A DNA stretch of 64,000 bases from Camelus ferus. Lineage: Eukaryota. Where the stretch lies: NCBI RefSeq assembly GCF_009834535.1, contig NC_045707.1, positions 46,750,001 through 46,814,000 on the forward strand. The letters run 5' to 3'. Position numbers and translations under genes: made by a program. Position 1 is the stretch's first letter, and each line of letters begins with the position of its first letter. The notes beneath the pieces are model-generated. The model had not been told where the DNA came from and searched no databases. It worked only from the letters and a program-made list of their open reading frames with translations. Positions 49,194 through 62,880 of the stretch are shown here, piece after piece.

Positions 49194-52100
49194 CTGGGGA
49201 GAAAAAGTCATGAGGGTGAAAAAGAGCCAGCAAACACATCAGACGGGGGCAGAAATGAAAAACGTGGGCGACACATACTTCCAAATAGCAGGGGCCAACT
49301 TCTAGTCTTCTCAGGGGCTGCTCGGTACAAAGCATATATAGGGGCTTAAGAAGGCCCAGTTAGCAGCTAAGGAAATGTTTATTACAGAAACTCTGAAAAC
49401 AACAAAATAAAAATAACTAGGAATCCCATCAGAGAAACCCATTCATCATAATGTGATCAATTTCTTTTCAGTCTTTCACATACGAAACATGCATTCAGGA
49501 TTACACTGCAGGCACTGCTTTGTAACAAGCCTTTTTCACTTCCATCTCTTTTAACCAGTGAGGCCAAGCAGAGAGTCCTAGGTGAATCTAAGAAGGCCTG
49601 CACACACCCATCTCCCTCCAATGCTGGCCTGTGATGCTCTCTCCTGCAGGAATGGCTTATGCTGGTGTAATAGGCTGAACAGAACAGCTACTCCCTCCTG
49701 ATAAACTTGAACACTACCTAGAAAAGTTACAGAGTCTAACAGAAGGAGGAGCTAAGAGACCTCCTGAAAAAATAATAAAACTAGAGGCCAGGAGGTAGCA
49801 GAAAGAGAGGGGAGTGGGGTTCACTGTTTCAGCCCAGGTCACAGGAGGAGAGCTACCATCCTGGCTGAGCCCAGAGGAGGGGAGGAAACACGTGCCATGG
49901 AGGAACAACGAGAGACCTTGAACCTGCACTTCCTAAACTGGAGCCCAGTCTTCCGAGAGCCTGACACTGAACGAGTGACTAGATGTGCCAAGAGATGCCA
50001 TCCGCTACACAGAAGGCCTTCCAGAGGAAGGAGGTTAAAGCTAAGCCCCAAGCATGAGAAGAAGGAGTCCAGGGAAGGGAAAGGATAGGAGGTGTGCCCT
50101 GTGCAGTGGGAACTGCATGTGCAAAGGCCCTGAGGCAGAACATGGCACACTCAAGGAAGTGAAAGAAGGTCCCTGTAGCAAAGTGCAGAGATTGAGAAGG
50201 AAGTATCCAAATGATGGTGCTGGTTATGGGTTAGGCCAGGACTGGAAGTGAGGTTTTTATACTCCTGGTTCAGATCTCTGTATGGTAGCATATTATACTA
50301 TACTTCCTGTCACCAGCACCACAGGAATTAGGGTCAATCACTCTTCACACTCATCAGTTCACTGTTTTGATTTATGAACTCAATGAGAAAGCAAAAGGCA
50401 TCCTGTTAGAATAGCTGATGTGTTCCATAGCACATGCCTTTGGTTTCTAGATAGTTGCTAATACCTTAGGCATGAGTTGCAAAAATACTGTCAAGGACTC
50501 TTTCTGGTTTTTGTCAAGACTGTTTTTTTTTAATGACTAAGAAATAGATTAGAATAATGATACTACTGACTAATATTTTATATTAACAATAATGTTTTTT
50601 TATAAAAATATGAGCTCATTTGAAAAATTCAAGGACCACAAAACAGTACAGAGAAGAAAACAAATTACCCACTATCCCCCCATCTTATTGACAGTTATTA
50701 AATATCATTCTGGACATCTCTTTATGCACATATACTGTAAGAAGAACATAACAGCCTTTTCTAATGAGGGTTATTTAATTTTGCTTGAATATAACAGAAG
50801 AAAAAGCAGAAGAGAAACTAAATGGCTTTCTAACCTGAAGTTAAATGATTTAAAAAAAGAGCAAATAAAAAATAAACATATATAAACGTACAAAAGATTT
50901 AATGCTGAGAAAAATACATATATAAGTTTAAGAGGTAAATGGCATGTCCACATTAATGCTCTAGAATGAGCACTTTATATTTTCTCTCCTTTTTCTCACA
51001 TCTCTGGGTTTTTGTTGCTTTTATCATTTTAATTTTGTTGGGTGTGTAACATGCTTCTGTAACAGTAATCTCCTCCCATTTGTTTAGTCTTAAAACTGCA
51101 TATATGGTATATGGCGATCAGCAGATTGAGTTAGACAATGAATGCAGTATATCAGGAAATAGATTCTTAATAAGGAATAGTGTTACAGCGAAAAAATAAG
51201 GTAAGATGCATTTAAGGAAAAATGGCTGTCAACCTGCTGGCTAAATCAGCAAAGGAACACAGCAGGAAAGCTGGTACTGGGTCTTGGTAATATAAATATA
51301 TATAAATATAATAAAACACACTGGAGAGCCAGAGAAAGAAACACATTGGGGACCTTAGTAGTTAAGCTCAAGTTGCCAATTTGCTACAAATCCTTTTTTC
51401 CACCAATCTGCTCATAGTGTATATAGTATTCTTAAAACCTTGTGTCTAGCTATAGAAATACCCACAAATACTGACCAGCTTCATCTTCCTATGCCTTTTA
51501 TTAAAAGCATATGCATAAAAAAACACATTATAATTGTCTGAATGTTCACTATTGCTTTTTTGTTGTTATTGTCTTTTAACCATGGCTTTTCAACTCTTGA
51601 GTCTCATTATTTTGATTTGAGTCATTTGGGTCAGTATCTTCATAAGGTGTTTTTTTCCAAGAAATGTTCACAAATACTATATTCCTTGAGTTCTTCCAGA
51701 TCAAGACTGTCTGCTTACTGCCTTCACTGCTGAACAATAACTTAATATTATAAAAACAATGTCATATTATATTAATATTATGCTTTTAAATTATGAATAT
51801 AATTTTATATTATTTATATAACTTTATTCCTCTTACAAATTTGTAGCCCTTGCTCATATTTTATGGTAGAGAATGCTGGTATAGAGATTTCTGACACTGA
51901 CTTCATCATCCCCCTTTTTGTATAACTGGCTTTTTCTCTCTGGAGTTTACGGTGCTGCAGCTTTAGATCAGGGTACACCTTGGTCATTCTTTATCACCAC
52001 CCTCTCTTTTGGAAGCCAGTTAAATGTCTTATACCACATCCGTTCTGCAGGGCTCACTCCTTCCTGTGGTCTCTCCCCTATGAGTAACTCGAAACTCAGG

Positions 52101-53121
52101 GGAGATGGCCTGCTCTGGGTTGCCTTCCCGCCTCTCCAGGAGGGTGTTTCCTGCATTTCCCAGGGCTGCCTTCTCACCTCCTAGACCAGCTTCTCTTCAG
52201 ATTGATCTGTGTTAGTGGGAATCCTATGCTGTTCCCCCTCACCTTGCTTTCCCAGCGTGGCTTTTGAGGGGTTGAGGTGGGGCATGTCCTTCATTACGTG
52301 ACACTTTTCATAGTGCATGGTATAAAGCTGTGATCGGTTTTCCTGCCTGTTCGGTTGCTGCTGCTGAATGTTTTTGTTTTGAACTGCTTTTTGGTCCAGT
52401 TCAGTGAGTGTTGGGGTGGGAGTATCTGTAATTCTGCTACACTCTGTCATCATCCTGACTCCTGGCCAACTATTAATGTAACATACACTTTGAGCCATTT
52501 ATTTGGAAGTGAGGACAGTATTTGCTCTTGTTCCTCCACACTTTCAGGTCACACATTCCTTGTGAATACTGCCATATAACTGGGAGATGGCCAGCAGTCT
52601 GTGGACACAGACTGGAGCAAAGATAATTGGCACATAAATGCTACCATGCCAAGAGCAAATCAAGCCCTTCCAAGGAGATCGTACACACATAAAGGGACAA
52701 TAGCAGCTGTCTGTGTTGTCTGACCTCTATCTGGAAACACATCCTCACGAGGCCCTTCCAGCTCATGAATTCTGCTGAATACGAGGTTAATTAAAAATGA
52801 GAGTCCTAAGGCGTTAGTGTCAACTCCCAAGGATATACTACATCAAACCAGGTCAAGCTATAAATGAATACACTATGACCATCTGGCCATTGTGTCTAAA
52901 AGCTTGATGTACATACCACTGGTGGTTGGCAGGGTGACGCCAGGTGGAACATGGGTGAACATTCTGTATTAGAACAGTCATGTATCTATTTTAACATGAT
53001 CACAAAAGCATAAATAGCATTTCAAACGCATGATTGCAAGGATTAAGATAAGTAAATTAAAAAAGCAGATAGAAAATGACAAAAAGGTAAACAAAAAAGA
53101 AGAGTAAACTTTAAAATAAAA

Positions 53122-53366
53122 AGGGTGGGGAGAGGGATAAACTGGGAGCTCGGGCTTTCCAGATCCTAACTACTATATATAAAATAGACAAACACCAAGG
53201 TCCTACTGTATAGCACAGGGAACTATATTCAATCTTGTAATAGTTTATAATGAAAAATATGAAAAGGACTATATATGTATAACTAAATCACTATGCTATA
53301 CACCAGAAACTAACACAACATTGTAAACCAGCTATACTTCAGTTAAAAAATAAAAATAAAATAAAA
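53122..53366 (+). mobile_element. Short L1 3' UTR fragment
   Basis: gggataaactggga...aaggtcctactgtatagcacagggaactatattcaat...acacaacattgtaaa, with an A-rich tail. Confidence 0.85.
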
Positions 53367-53469
53367 AGTAAATTTAAATAAAAGCATTAAACTAGTGGTA
53401 CAGGTTTCACAAAGATACGGCAAAAACTGCACATGTAGTACCTAAATGGCATAAGTTCGGGGAGTCTAG

Positions 53470-53625
53470 TATTTCTCAAGAAGTGCCACTGTGCAGGGCT
53501 GTCCCCAGGGCACAGCATGGCCTGCAGCACCCCTGGTCTGCTGGTAACAACCCCTGCCCAGCCTGAGCACACATGTCCACATACGCTGGGGTGAGGCAAT
53601 ATTACCCCTGGTTAAGAACCACTTG
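53470..53625. mobile_element. MER20-related hAT MITE fragment
   Basis: gtatttctcaag ... tgcagggctgtcc ... cctggttaagaaccact. Confidence 0.5.
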
Positions 53626-53659
53626 AACTTCTGCATCACATTATAAACAGTGACAGATT

Positions 53660-54660
53660 CCATGAGGATAAAGGCCCAAACACAGAAGGCAAAACTGTAA
53701 ACTTAATGGAAAACAACATTGGAGTATCTTTATGACCTGTGGTGGGTCATGGTTTTTTTAAATGAATCCCCAGAAAATGGATTTTTTTTTTTTTACATCA
53801 AAATTAAAGATCTCTGCTCAATAAAGAAGACCGGCAAGCTGATGGAGCAGAACTGGAAAAGATACTTGTTACTGTCTAGAACCAAAGAGGGAATACTTCC
53901 TGGACTGCATAAGATACTCCTGAAGCCAACAGGAAAAAGATAAGAAGTTCCAAGGGAAAAAGGACAAAAGTATGACCAGACAATTCAAATGAGAGGAAAT
54001 CCAAAAGCAAGCATATGAAGAGATGCTCAAATGTGGAAATTTAAGAAATAAGAATTGAAACAACAATGCTAAGTCACTTTATATGCATAGACATCTAGAC
54101 AGCACCAAGTTCTGGCTGGGACACGGCGATGGAGGGAACTTTATTCACTGCTGGTGGGAATGAACACCGGGCAGCCATTCTACAAGCAGGTGGACAGTGT
54201 GGATACAAATGAGTATGGTATATAATCTTCTTCCAGGTGTACGTATCCAAGAAAAATTATGACAAAGACCGAGAAGGGACAGGTATAAGGCTATTTTTGC
54301 AAAGCTGCACGATTTGTGTTAGCAACTATACATACATATACCTTATAATCCAGAGATCCTGTTTTGGGTTTATATATATCCCAGAAAAAAATCTCATTCA
54401 TACCCATGAGGGATCATGTATGAGGCTGTTTATATCAAGTAACACTGGGAAGAAAGGAGCTAGACACAATATAAGAGCTCATTACTAGGGGAACAGATAA
54501 ATCAATATGAAGGAGAACAGGGAATACTGTGCAGTAGGAAAGGATGGACTAAAGCAAAAATGTAAAAAAGAAAGGAGTGATATCTGTAACAGTGCAAAAT
54601 TTAAAACATATGTTTAAAACAACACCATTCACAAAAACAGGCAAATAAGAGACTATACAT
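53660..54660 (+). mobile_element. Old L1M ORF2 3' remnant
   Basis: aaactgtaaaacttaatggaaaacaacattggag; tacatcaaaattaaagatctctgctc; ggaactttattcactgctggtgggaatg. Confidence 0.7.
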
Positions 54661-55493
54661 TAGGCAGAACAGTTAGTTATGAAGGGAAAGAAACAGGGGA
54701 GGTTGTCAGGCTGAGAAAACTAACCTGACCGGCTACTTCCCAGGGCCCATGTGTTAATCTGGGTCCCTGAATGTGATGGTTCTGCAGAGAAATCCCTTTG
54801 TCCCAGGGACTGGCTGCCTGGAAATGAAAGAAAAGCACCTTGAAAAGAAAACTAACTGGAACCCTTTGTTCTGATATATAATCACAGAGGACAATCTGGT
54901 CCTCACAGAGAAGTGGAGAAATAAACTGGTCTCTCTAAAACTGATTTCCAGGATGATGAAGGCCCTGTTGCAAAATACAAATAAATCATACTTACTTGTC
55001 ATGGAAAACTTGACTTGACATCAAGTCCGGAGAAAGTCAACAATAAAACTATTAGCAATAATTGAGTTCTCACTGATTTAAAAGGAGGGAAGGAAGGTGA
55101 ACACAACTCTAGGCTAAGAATTTGCAGGCCTGGGTACCATCTAAATTTGAATCAGCCACCAACTAGCTATAAAATGTGTGATAAGGTAAAATCAGATGTC
55201 TTTCAAGGCCGTATTTAGACTTAACATGTTCTACTCTCTTTTAAAAAAGCAGTTTTCTTTTCTACAGACCTCCTGTTTTTTGACTTCTCATTAATCAACA
55301 GTTATTCATGTATTATTGCTTCACTTTTCCCTACACATCTTATAAAATGGAACCAAGACTTTTGGAGTTTTAGTAATGGTTTTTTGGCTTGTTCCTGCTT
55401 TTTAAGTATCACTCATGGAAACTTATCCTTTCATAGCAAGAAACAGTGAACAATGGTATAGTAAATTTTTTCAAAACAGTATTAAAAACTTTA

Positions 55494-55624
55494 TCTTATT
55501 TTATTTTTTTAGGGGGGAGGTAATTAGGTTTATTTGTTTATTTTTAATGGAGGTTCTGGGGATTGAACCCAGGACCTTCGGGATGCTAAGCATACCCTCC
55601 CTCCTTGAGCTATACCCTCCCCAC
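55494..55624 (-). mobile_element. Camelid tRNA-derived SINE (vic-1-like, long-tailed form)
   Basis: Minus strand: ggggagggtatagctcaagg...gcttagcatcccgaaggtcctgggttcaatccccag...aaataaacctaattacctccccc. TSD taaaaacttta / taaatacttta at 55483-55493 and 55625-55635. Confidence 0.85.
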
Positions 55625-55699
55625 TAAATACTTTAAAGTTCATGTTCCATCTTGCTGAGCCACTCATTTTTCTCACATACTTGGACAGACCTGACCCAA

Positions 55700-56140
55700 C
55701 TCCATCAATTTACCATTCATCCTGCTCCCTGACCACACCAGCCTGCTTGGAACCTCAGGGCCTTGTACTAGCTGATCCCTCTCCCTGGAACATTCTTCCA
55801 CTGATTCCCTCCATCAAACGTGACTTCTCAGTGGAACCCGTCCTGACTGCCCTATGCTCAATCACATCTCCCATTCCACTCTGCAACCACACCCCCCACC
55901 ACGTATCACCTTTGAACATATTATGTATCATATGGATGTGCTATGTTTGTGGTTGCTGACTGCTCCCACCCCACACACTCATCCCATCCCTGCCAGAATG
56001 TAAGCTCCCCACAGACAAGGGAATTTTGTCAGTTTTGTTCAATGATGTTCAATGATATATCCCAGGCACCAAGATTAGTGCCTAGGATATAGTAGCTTCC
56101 TACTACATAAATGAACACTGCTGGATAAATGAACAAATTA
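55700..56140 (+). mobile_element. L2 3' fragment
   Basis: cctcagggccttgtactagctg...ccagaatgtaagctccc...tatatcccaggcacc...gtgcctagg...ataaatgaacaaat. Confidence 0.7.
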
Positions 56141-56404
56141 AAAGGAGCAATTCATTACAATTACAAAATATTCACTTAGCTCTGCTGTCTATGGCCACAG
56201 ACAGTGTTACCAAGCACTCCCACTTTTAGTTCACTTAGCACTTAAAAACCAAAGAAACAACACTGCATAATTTGGGAGAGGGGGTGACTCCATAACAATA
56301 AAATACTATCAAGGTTAAGAGTAGGCAGCTACCCACTTTCTACACTGAACTGGGCCACAACAAACTCCTCCCTCCCACATCTACGTTTAATTTTAAGGGA
56401 GTGA

Positions 56405-57900
56405 GACAGACTCCAAGATGGCTTCTGAGAAAATATGGCGGAATGAGACCTGACCCCACAGTCTCCATCCCCCCAATTCCTAAGGAAATGAATAAAAGGT
56501 AATAAAAGGAAGCTAACCAAAATGATGGCAGAACCACTCTCCAATTCCTACCTCCTTAAACCCAGATCAATGATTCAAAAGAGCTCAACTTTAAGAGAGC
56601 GACTCTGATATCCCCAAGTCTAGGGAGGAAGAGTGAGTTAAGTGGGTTTTTAAATAACTTTTCCTCCTCTAACTTCAGTAGATTGGGGCTGGTAACTATC
56701 ACATGGAAGGATAGGGGAGATGAGAATGTGAACAACAAGGACTGACTGTTCTTGGCAGAAGTGAGAAGACATTTCATGTGGTCTCAGGAGAGACTGCAGG
56801 GCACAGGTATTACCATGTGACGGACACATTAACAACTTAGCTGAGCTCACTCCTCTGTGCCAACTCTTCTGCTAATATGTACCCTTAAATAAGCTAAAGA
56901 AAGTGGACAGACTAGGTGCTCAGGGGTCAAAGAGGTGTCACGGAGAAATCACCCCAGTGTGTTAGAGCACCAAACGCTGAACACAGGTGCCCAAACATGG
57001 GCAGGATGGGGTGAAACAGCATGGCAATTGACACATTGTAGTGACAAGTACTTTTAACATAATGTTAAAAGGGAAGATTATGTGGGAAAAAACTGGCCAA
57101 AAAATCTACACTCCCTAAGGGATAAGAGAAAGTAATTCTTCATAGAACAACTTAAAAGTATAATAGAAACATGAATACAGTAAAACAATAGCTTAGCAAT
57201 AAGATAATCAAATAACAAAATGAGATTTAAAAAGAAATATGTCATACTAAGTGATAAATTGAGAACCAAACAGCGTCATCATGAAACCAGTAAATAAATT
57301 AGAAATACCAAGGAATAGAATTAATGCAACTCCAAATTATCTTCACGAAAGACTTGAGATAAAAGGCAGAATTTAAAGCAATTAGAGAAAAATGATAGAC
57401 ATGGAGGAGAGAAAAAATACAGTCCATTAAAAGGTTAATGGGTATTCCTGAAGTAGAACACCCAGCCCAAAGTATCTAAAGATCTACTACAAGAAAATAT
57501 CCCTAAAATGAATTAGCAGCAGAATCTCTAAGTTGCAAGAGCATACTCTGTTTTAGGGGGAAAAAATGATACAGAATAATCAACTATGAGACATATTCTG
57601 GCTAAATAATTGAATTTCCAGTTCCAAAATATAATTCTTCAAGCAGAAAAAGCAAGTTGCCTGCAAGGAAGAGAAAGTCAGTCAAATTTTTCAGCAGTCC
57701 TTGAATGTAAAAGATAATGAAGCAATTCCTCCAAAACTCTAAGGGGATAAAGTATAGTCTCCTGAACATTATTGTTAGTCAAGATGATTTTCAAATACAG
57801 AGGTAATCAGTAGGTATTCTTGAACATAAAAACAACTGAAGAATTCAGCGTTCTGAGCCCTCCTTTAGAAGTCATGACAATCTAGTTGGTGCAATGAATA
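56405..57900 (+). mobile_element. Old L1/HAL1-like 5' and ORF1 remnant
   Basis: Starts gactccaagatggc; A-rich ORF1-like text (gagaaaaatgatagacatggagg, caactatgagacatattctggc). Confidence 0.5.
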
Positions 57901-57915
57901 AAATAAAAATACCAT

Positions 57916-58135
57916 CAGTGGCACATCAAAGGTGGGCAGGGGGAAACTGCTTCAGATGCAAGCAATAAGGATGCATTGTTCACAGAGAATTTAAAAACAG
58001 AAATAAAACCACCGAAAATCAGTCTGCTTTTCATACGCCCATGTACCAACAATTATAAGCAATGAAAATGATAAAATATCTCTCCTTTCTGGGGTGGAAT
58101 GTCCCTCTACCAGGCAGTCACCCCTAAGACCCTTG
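57916..58135. mobile_element. hAT-Tip100 MITE (ORSL-like)
   Basis: gcaataaggatgcattgttcacagagaatttaaaaacagaaataaaacc...aaaatcagtctgctttt; family name from memory. Confidence 0.5.
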
Positions 58136-58449
58136 ACCTGCTTCTTAATTTCAGTGATAGGAAAGCCACAGTGAAAAGATCAGTACTAGACACGGAAGTT
58201 ATTTAAATATAAAACCGATTCTAAACAACTGAACAGAACATAATGTTACATATCTTGTTTATATGAAAACATAATATAACTAACCAATATTAAGGCTAAA
58301 TTATGGAATAGAATATAAACATTAAATACTTTGTGTAAAAATAACAATGTAACTAACCAAAATCTGTAAGGGAAGAAAGGAAAGAGAGTAAGTGCCTAGG
58401 AGCTCATTTATCACGGCAGGGGAGAAGTCTATGCTGTCTGAAAGGAGAT

Positions 58450-58850
58450 GGCAGCAGTCAGGACAGGCTGCTACCCATGGGAGGAAACAAACCCTAAATC
58501 TCGTGACTTAACAAAAGGAGAGAGTTCATTTCTCACTCACACGCCCTCAACTGAGAGCCCATGTGGCTCTCCAGTGCAGTCCCTCCTTGATTTGGTGCTG
58601 CCTTCCATGCCACACTGAAGTTATGCTCCTCCACATTCATGTAAGCATCCATGCTCACCAAGACAGGGAAAGGAAGGGGGAGAGAACGGAGATCTGGCAA
58701 TTAAATACACCCATTGTTAAGTGACTCTGGTCACTTCTGCTCACTTTTGTGGCTAAAGCAAGTCACAAGGTCATCTAACTTGAAGGCAGTGAGGAAGTAC
58801 AATCCTCTTACATCCCAGAAGCAAGAGAAAACTGGCAATAATGTCTACAA
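58450..58850 (-). mobile_element. MLT1-type MaLR LTR
   Basis: aacaaaccctaaatctcgtgacttaacaaaa..ttcatttctcactcac; tcacttctgctcacttttgtggctaaagcaagtcacaagg. Confidence 0.55.
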
Positions 58851-59736
58851 GAAATAGTTAGAGAAAAAGAAAGCCAAAACCTAAAACATTATGTTCATCA
58901 CCCCTTTTCTTAACCTCAGATAGAAAAAAGAAAATAACATTTCTTACTATGAAAAACAGGTTTATTCAAATTTTAATAATTTCTTAATTTTCACTTAGTT
59001 TATTTTTCTCCAGTTAAATTCAAATAAAGTTAAATGTATTAATTTTTAAATTTAAAAATCAGCATGTATCATATGACCCCACTTTTATGAAAGCATTTTC
59101 TTTCTATCTATCATCATCCATCCATCTTCCCATCTACAAACATGCTTAGAGAGATGTTCAACAGGATGTTCACTTAATAAGGCTTATTTCTGAGTGACAG
59201 GATTTTTTTTTTTTGTCTTTTTTAAAATTTTTATGCATTCCTGGGATTTTTTAATAATAAGCATTATCATTTTTATAAACATAGTAGAGTCATTATTAGA
59301 ATACGAATGAATTAGAAATAACATTGGACCTTCTATTATCAAGCCTTAAAACCACCAGATGGTAAAAAGGAGATTTTTACATTGCTCAAGGAAAGGAAGG
59401 AGGATTAAAGGAGGAGAACATGTGATACTTCATGATCATTACACACTGTTTGAAATTACAAAATGGGTAGGTGCTAATAGCTTCGGGCCAGGTAGCTGGT
59501 TTGAGTTAGTTATGTAAAGGACACTCATTTCTATTTTAGTAAGTTTTTAAATCTTTTCTATCTTGCTGATACAGGTCATTTCTACCAAATATGCAGTTGC
59601 TTACTGAGTTTAATAGAGATGTACTATGGAAATGGAGTTGGTTTTTCCCATTTAAAAATATGGACATTAAATACAAAAGTACAATTAATAAATTGAAGGG
59701 GAAAAAATAACTTCTAACCAGAGCCAACTTATCCAT

Positions 59737-59983
59737 TAGGGACCGGGGATAGTGCCAAGAGCCCATGGTACTTCTGGGGGCCCATGAAAATCTTTTAATT
59801 TCTTTTCAAATCAGAAGAAAAAATGAACTATAGGTCAAAGAAAATGTTTGAGTATATAATATTAATATATTCATCTTTATACCAAACCAGTCATAAACTG
59901 TACTTTTTCATACTTTTTACGGAGGAAAAGGCCCACAAAGGCAACAGTGCCTCTAGTCCATGAAAGTCATAACGTGGCCCTGT
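59737..59983. mobile_element. Non-autonomous hAT-type MITE
   Basis: Ends tagggaccgg... / ...acgtggccctg, with sub-terminal gggcccatga repeats around an AT-rich core. Confidence 0.5.
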
Positions 59984-60799
59984 TTCTAAGTCACAAATTC
60001 TTTGGCAAATGGCAAAAATTACTGGGTTTATTGAAACACATACTTAAAAAAAAACTGCCTTTCAAAATTAAAAACAGTGTAGTTGTTGAGAGACAAAATT
60101 CCAAAGTGCCTTGTCAGTTACTTGGAGTGCACAGATGACTAATGTAAATTCTCAACATTAATGACAACACTGTCTTTTTTCACAGTCTACTAGCAAATGA
60201 CATTAAAGATTTCTTTATATGGAAGTCGCATTATAAAGTTTCAAGTTTTTTCCCTTTTCTAAATAGGAGAAATGAACTTCTTAATCACATTATTTCCCAC
60301 AGACAATTGTCTCCCAAATTTTCAAAATTGTTTAAAAGTATTTGTAAATTTATTTTAGTCTTCAAGATCAAATACATAAATATTTAAATTGATATTCAAA
60401 CCAAAGAAAACAAGCTGGCCCCGTGGTCCCTTGATACTATCTTTGCTGCTGGTTTTTGGGCAGTAAAGAGTAAAGAGAGAGTTAAGGAAGCTTCAACTGC
60501 ATATTAAAATTATAAAGTAACAACTCTGACAGATTTACGTTTTCCCTATCAGTCCTAAACCTGCTTAGAAGGACAAGATCAAATTAAGGAGTGCTTATAG
60601 ATGTTGACTTTAGGCATCAAAAGTACATTCCTTTGATGGGAGTTCAGCTGGGTTGAGTGGCTTGGCAATAAGACTAAAGAAATAAAAAAGGATGGAGGTC
60701 ACGTAAATTTGCCAAGCAAAATTTTTCAAAGCTATGACACAACAATAATCTTAAAAATGAAACTCTCAGTCCTCTTATCAGCAACTAGGGTGAGAGATG

Positions 60800-61065
60800 G
60801 AAGGCAGGTTTTTAAATTTGCTGCCTTCACACAACTGGAAGGGACAATGAATGTGATGACTGGCATAATCAAGAATCAAAATAATTTGGATAGATCGATG
60901 GAATGATTCCAGCAAGATTTAATTTGCTTTGAGATAAATGTGTCATCCTACCAAGCTTTAAAAATCAATCATAAAGATACAGACTGTTTTCAACCTGCCT
61001 CCAATGCAGTTTAGGAGAAAGGCTTAGCTGTCTTAATTGACTGCAAATGCAATATGACCCTAGTT
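60800..61065 (+). mobile_element. CR1/L3 LINE reverse-transcriptase fossil
   Basis: ORF 60709-60906 …VFKFAAFTQLEGTMNVMTGIIKNQNNLDRSME resembles CR1 RT (KFADDTKLGG…IQNDLDRL). Downstream aaaggcttagctgtcttaattgactgcaa resembles KDLGVLVD-coding text. Confidence 0.6.
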
Positions 61066-62724
61066 AAAAAAAAAAAAAAAGGAAAAAAAGAAAAAGATAA
61101 ACTGAGCACTATGTTAGTTCCAAATACTGTACATAACTTTGGAATCAGGAACAAGGGAAACAACAGTCTCACAGAATTCACATTAGTCAAACAGACAGAC
61201 CCCTTCCAAATCAATGACCTGATTGCAGATTATGTGGACAGAGAAGCAAGCAAAGCCTGAATGCAAGGTCTGTCCAAAGACATTAACCTGTAGGCACATA
61301 CAAATTCAATGTGAAAGTACTTGACATCTACCACAGTGAACTATGAGCTCTAATGAGGCAGGCATTGTGTCTGTCTTGTTCATAGCAAGGACCTAGCACA
61401 TATCTGGTACGTTACAGCTCCCAAGAAATAACTCTAAAGACTTTAGTTTAAAAACGTATGGAGTAGCTGCCTTTTATACGGGGGGACACATTCAGAAGTT
61501 CTGACACAATGGGACACTAACTTGGCAAAGCACAGGAACACTGCCTTGCACAAAGAACTTAAGCACAGTAGAGAATTCCACTTGGCTTTGGAATTTTGAG
61601 ATTCTTGGCAAAATTTTAATTTTCTAGGATTTGCATTATTTCAAATTTTGTGCCTAAAGTGAGACTTCAGTAATAATTTTTATCAACTAATTCAAATATG
61701 CCTAACTTCACATAAAATGCAATGGCACTCTGAGGATAGATACATTAATTCAGTAAATATTAATTGAGGCCTACTATGTACCTGGTACTTTTCAGAGCTA
61801 ATCACACAGCAGTGGGCAAATTTAGCTATTTGTGTGAATTGTTTGCAGTTTTTCTGCTTTAAAACGGTGTATCTAAACCAGCTCATTTATTTTACCTACG
61901 AAAAAGATAAAATAAAGGAATTAAAGTCAGTTGCTCACTCTCACAATTCATTGGCTACAGGGATCTGAAGACAGTGATCTGCAGATGTCTAACCCAGGAG
62001 GTACTGAGTGCCTGTTACCAGTTGCAAATAGAGGCTGAAGTTAACATGTCAGGGACACATTTATGAAAGGATCTCAAAAATAACATAGGCTTATCATTAA
62101 TAAATATTCTTTTAATCTCCTTGTTAACATTCTGTTTTTTAACCAAAAATTTCTTTTAAAAACATAGACATACTAGGAGCATGTGCATATATGTATGTGT
62201 GAAACTGAAAGAAAAGTTTAACAAAACAAAAAATCCTTACCTTTAGTATATGTCATCCTATTTATTTTATTTCAATCCTGATCAGCAACCACTGAATTGA
62301 CTCCATGTTCCACTAACCTGTGGCAATACTGTTCTAGTGTACATTCTGCTAATGGCTACTCCCCATTCAATAATTAGCTCACATGTCACCTCCTCAGAGA
62401 AGCCTTCCAGGATTCCTCCAAGCATAATCAATCATGCCCTTCTTCAAAGCCTGGCATGAGTGACAGTGAATATACAAGGAAGGAGCAAATCAGGAGAGAA
62501 TAGGAGGTGGCACTGGAATGCCTCTCTATGCCACACCTCAGCCCCATGCTGGAGGGGGAGCCCCTCAAGCACAGGGGCTGAGAGGGTCTTCTCACCCCAG
62601 ATCAATTTCCTGGGCACCGAGCACTTCCTGGCATATCACGAGTGCTCATTAAGCAACTGTTGAAATAAATCCTTTAGGGAGTTGATGAAAGAGCTGACCC
62701 TGAAAACAAATAAAAGAGCCCATC

Positions 62725-62880
62725 CATCAGAGGCTGCACACTGGGAGCCAATGGACTGAATTTGGCCCACAGACATGTTTCATTTGGCCTGTGTAATTCA
62801 AAAAACTACAAAGACAGTATTTGAAAATTGGGAGGTTTCGCAAAATTCCAGATGTATAGCTTTGCTTGTCAGCTCACCAG
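62725..62880. mobile_element. MER102-like hAT-Charlie fragment
   Basis: tttggcccacagacatgtttcatttggcc ... aaaattgggaggtttc; a related fragment lies at ~15555-15850. Confidence 0.5.

Noticed and set aside
52595..52614. Perfect 9-bp inverted repeat cagtctgtg-ga-cacagactg
   Set aside because: An arm of this length is expected by chance in 64 kb, and there is no supporting context.
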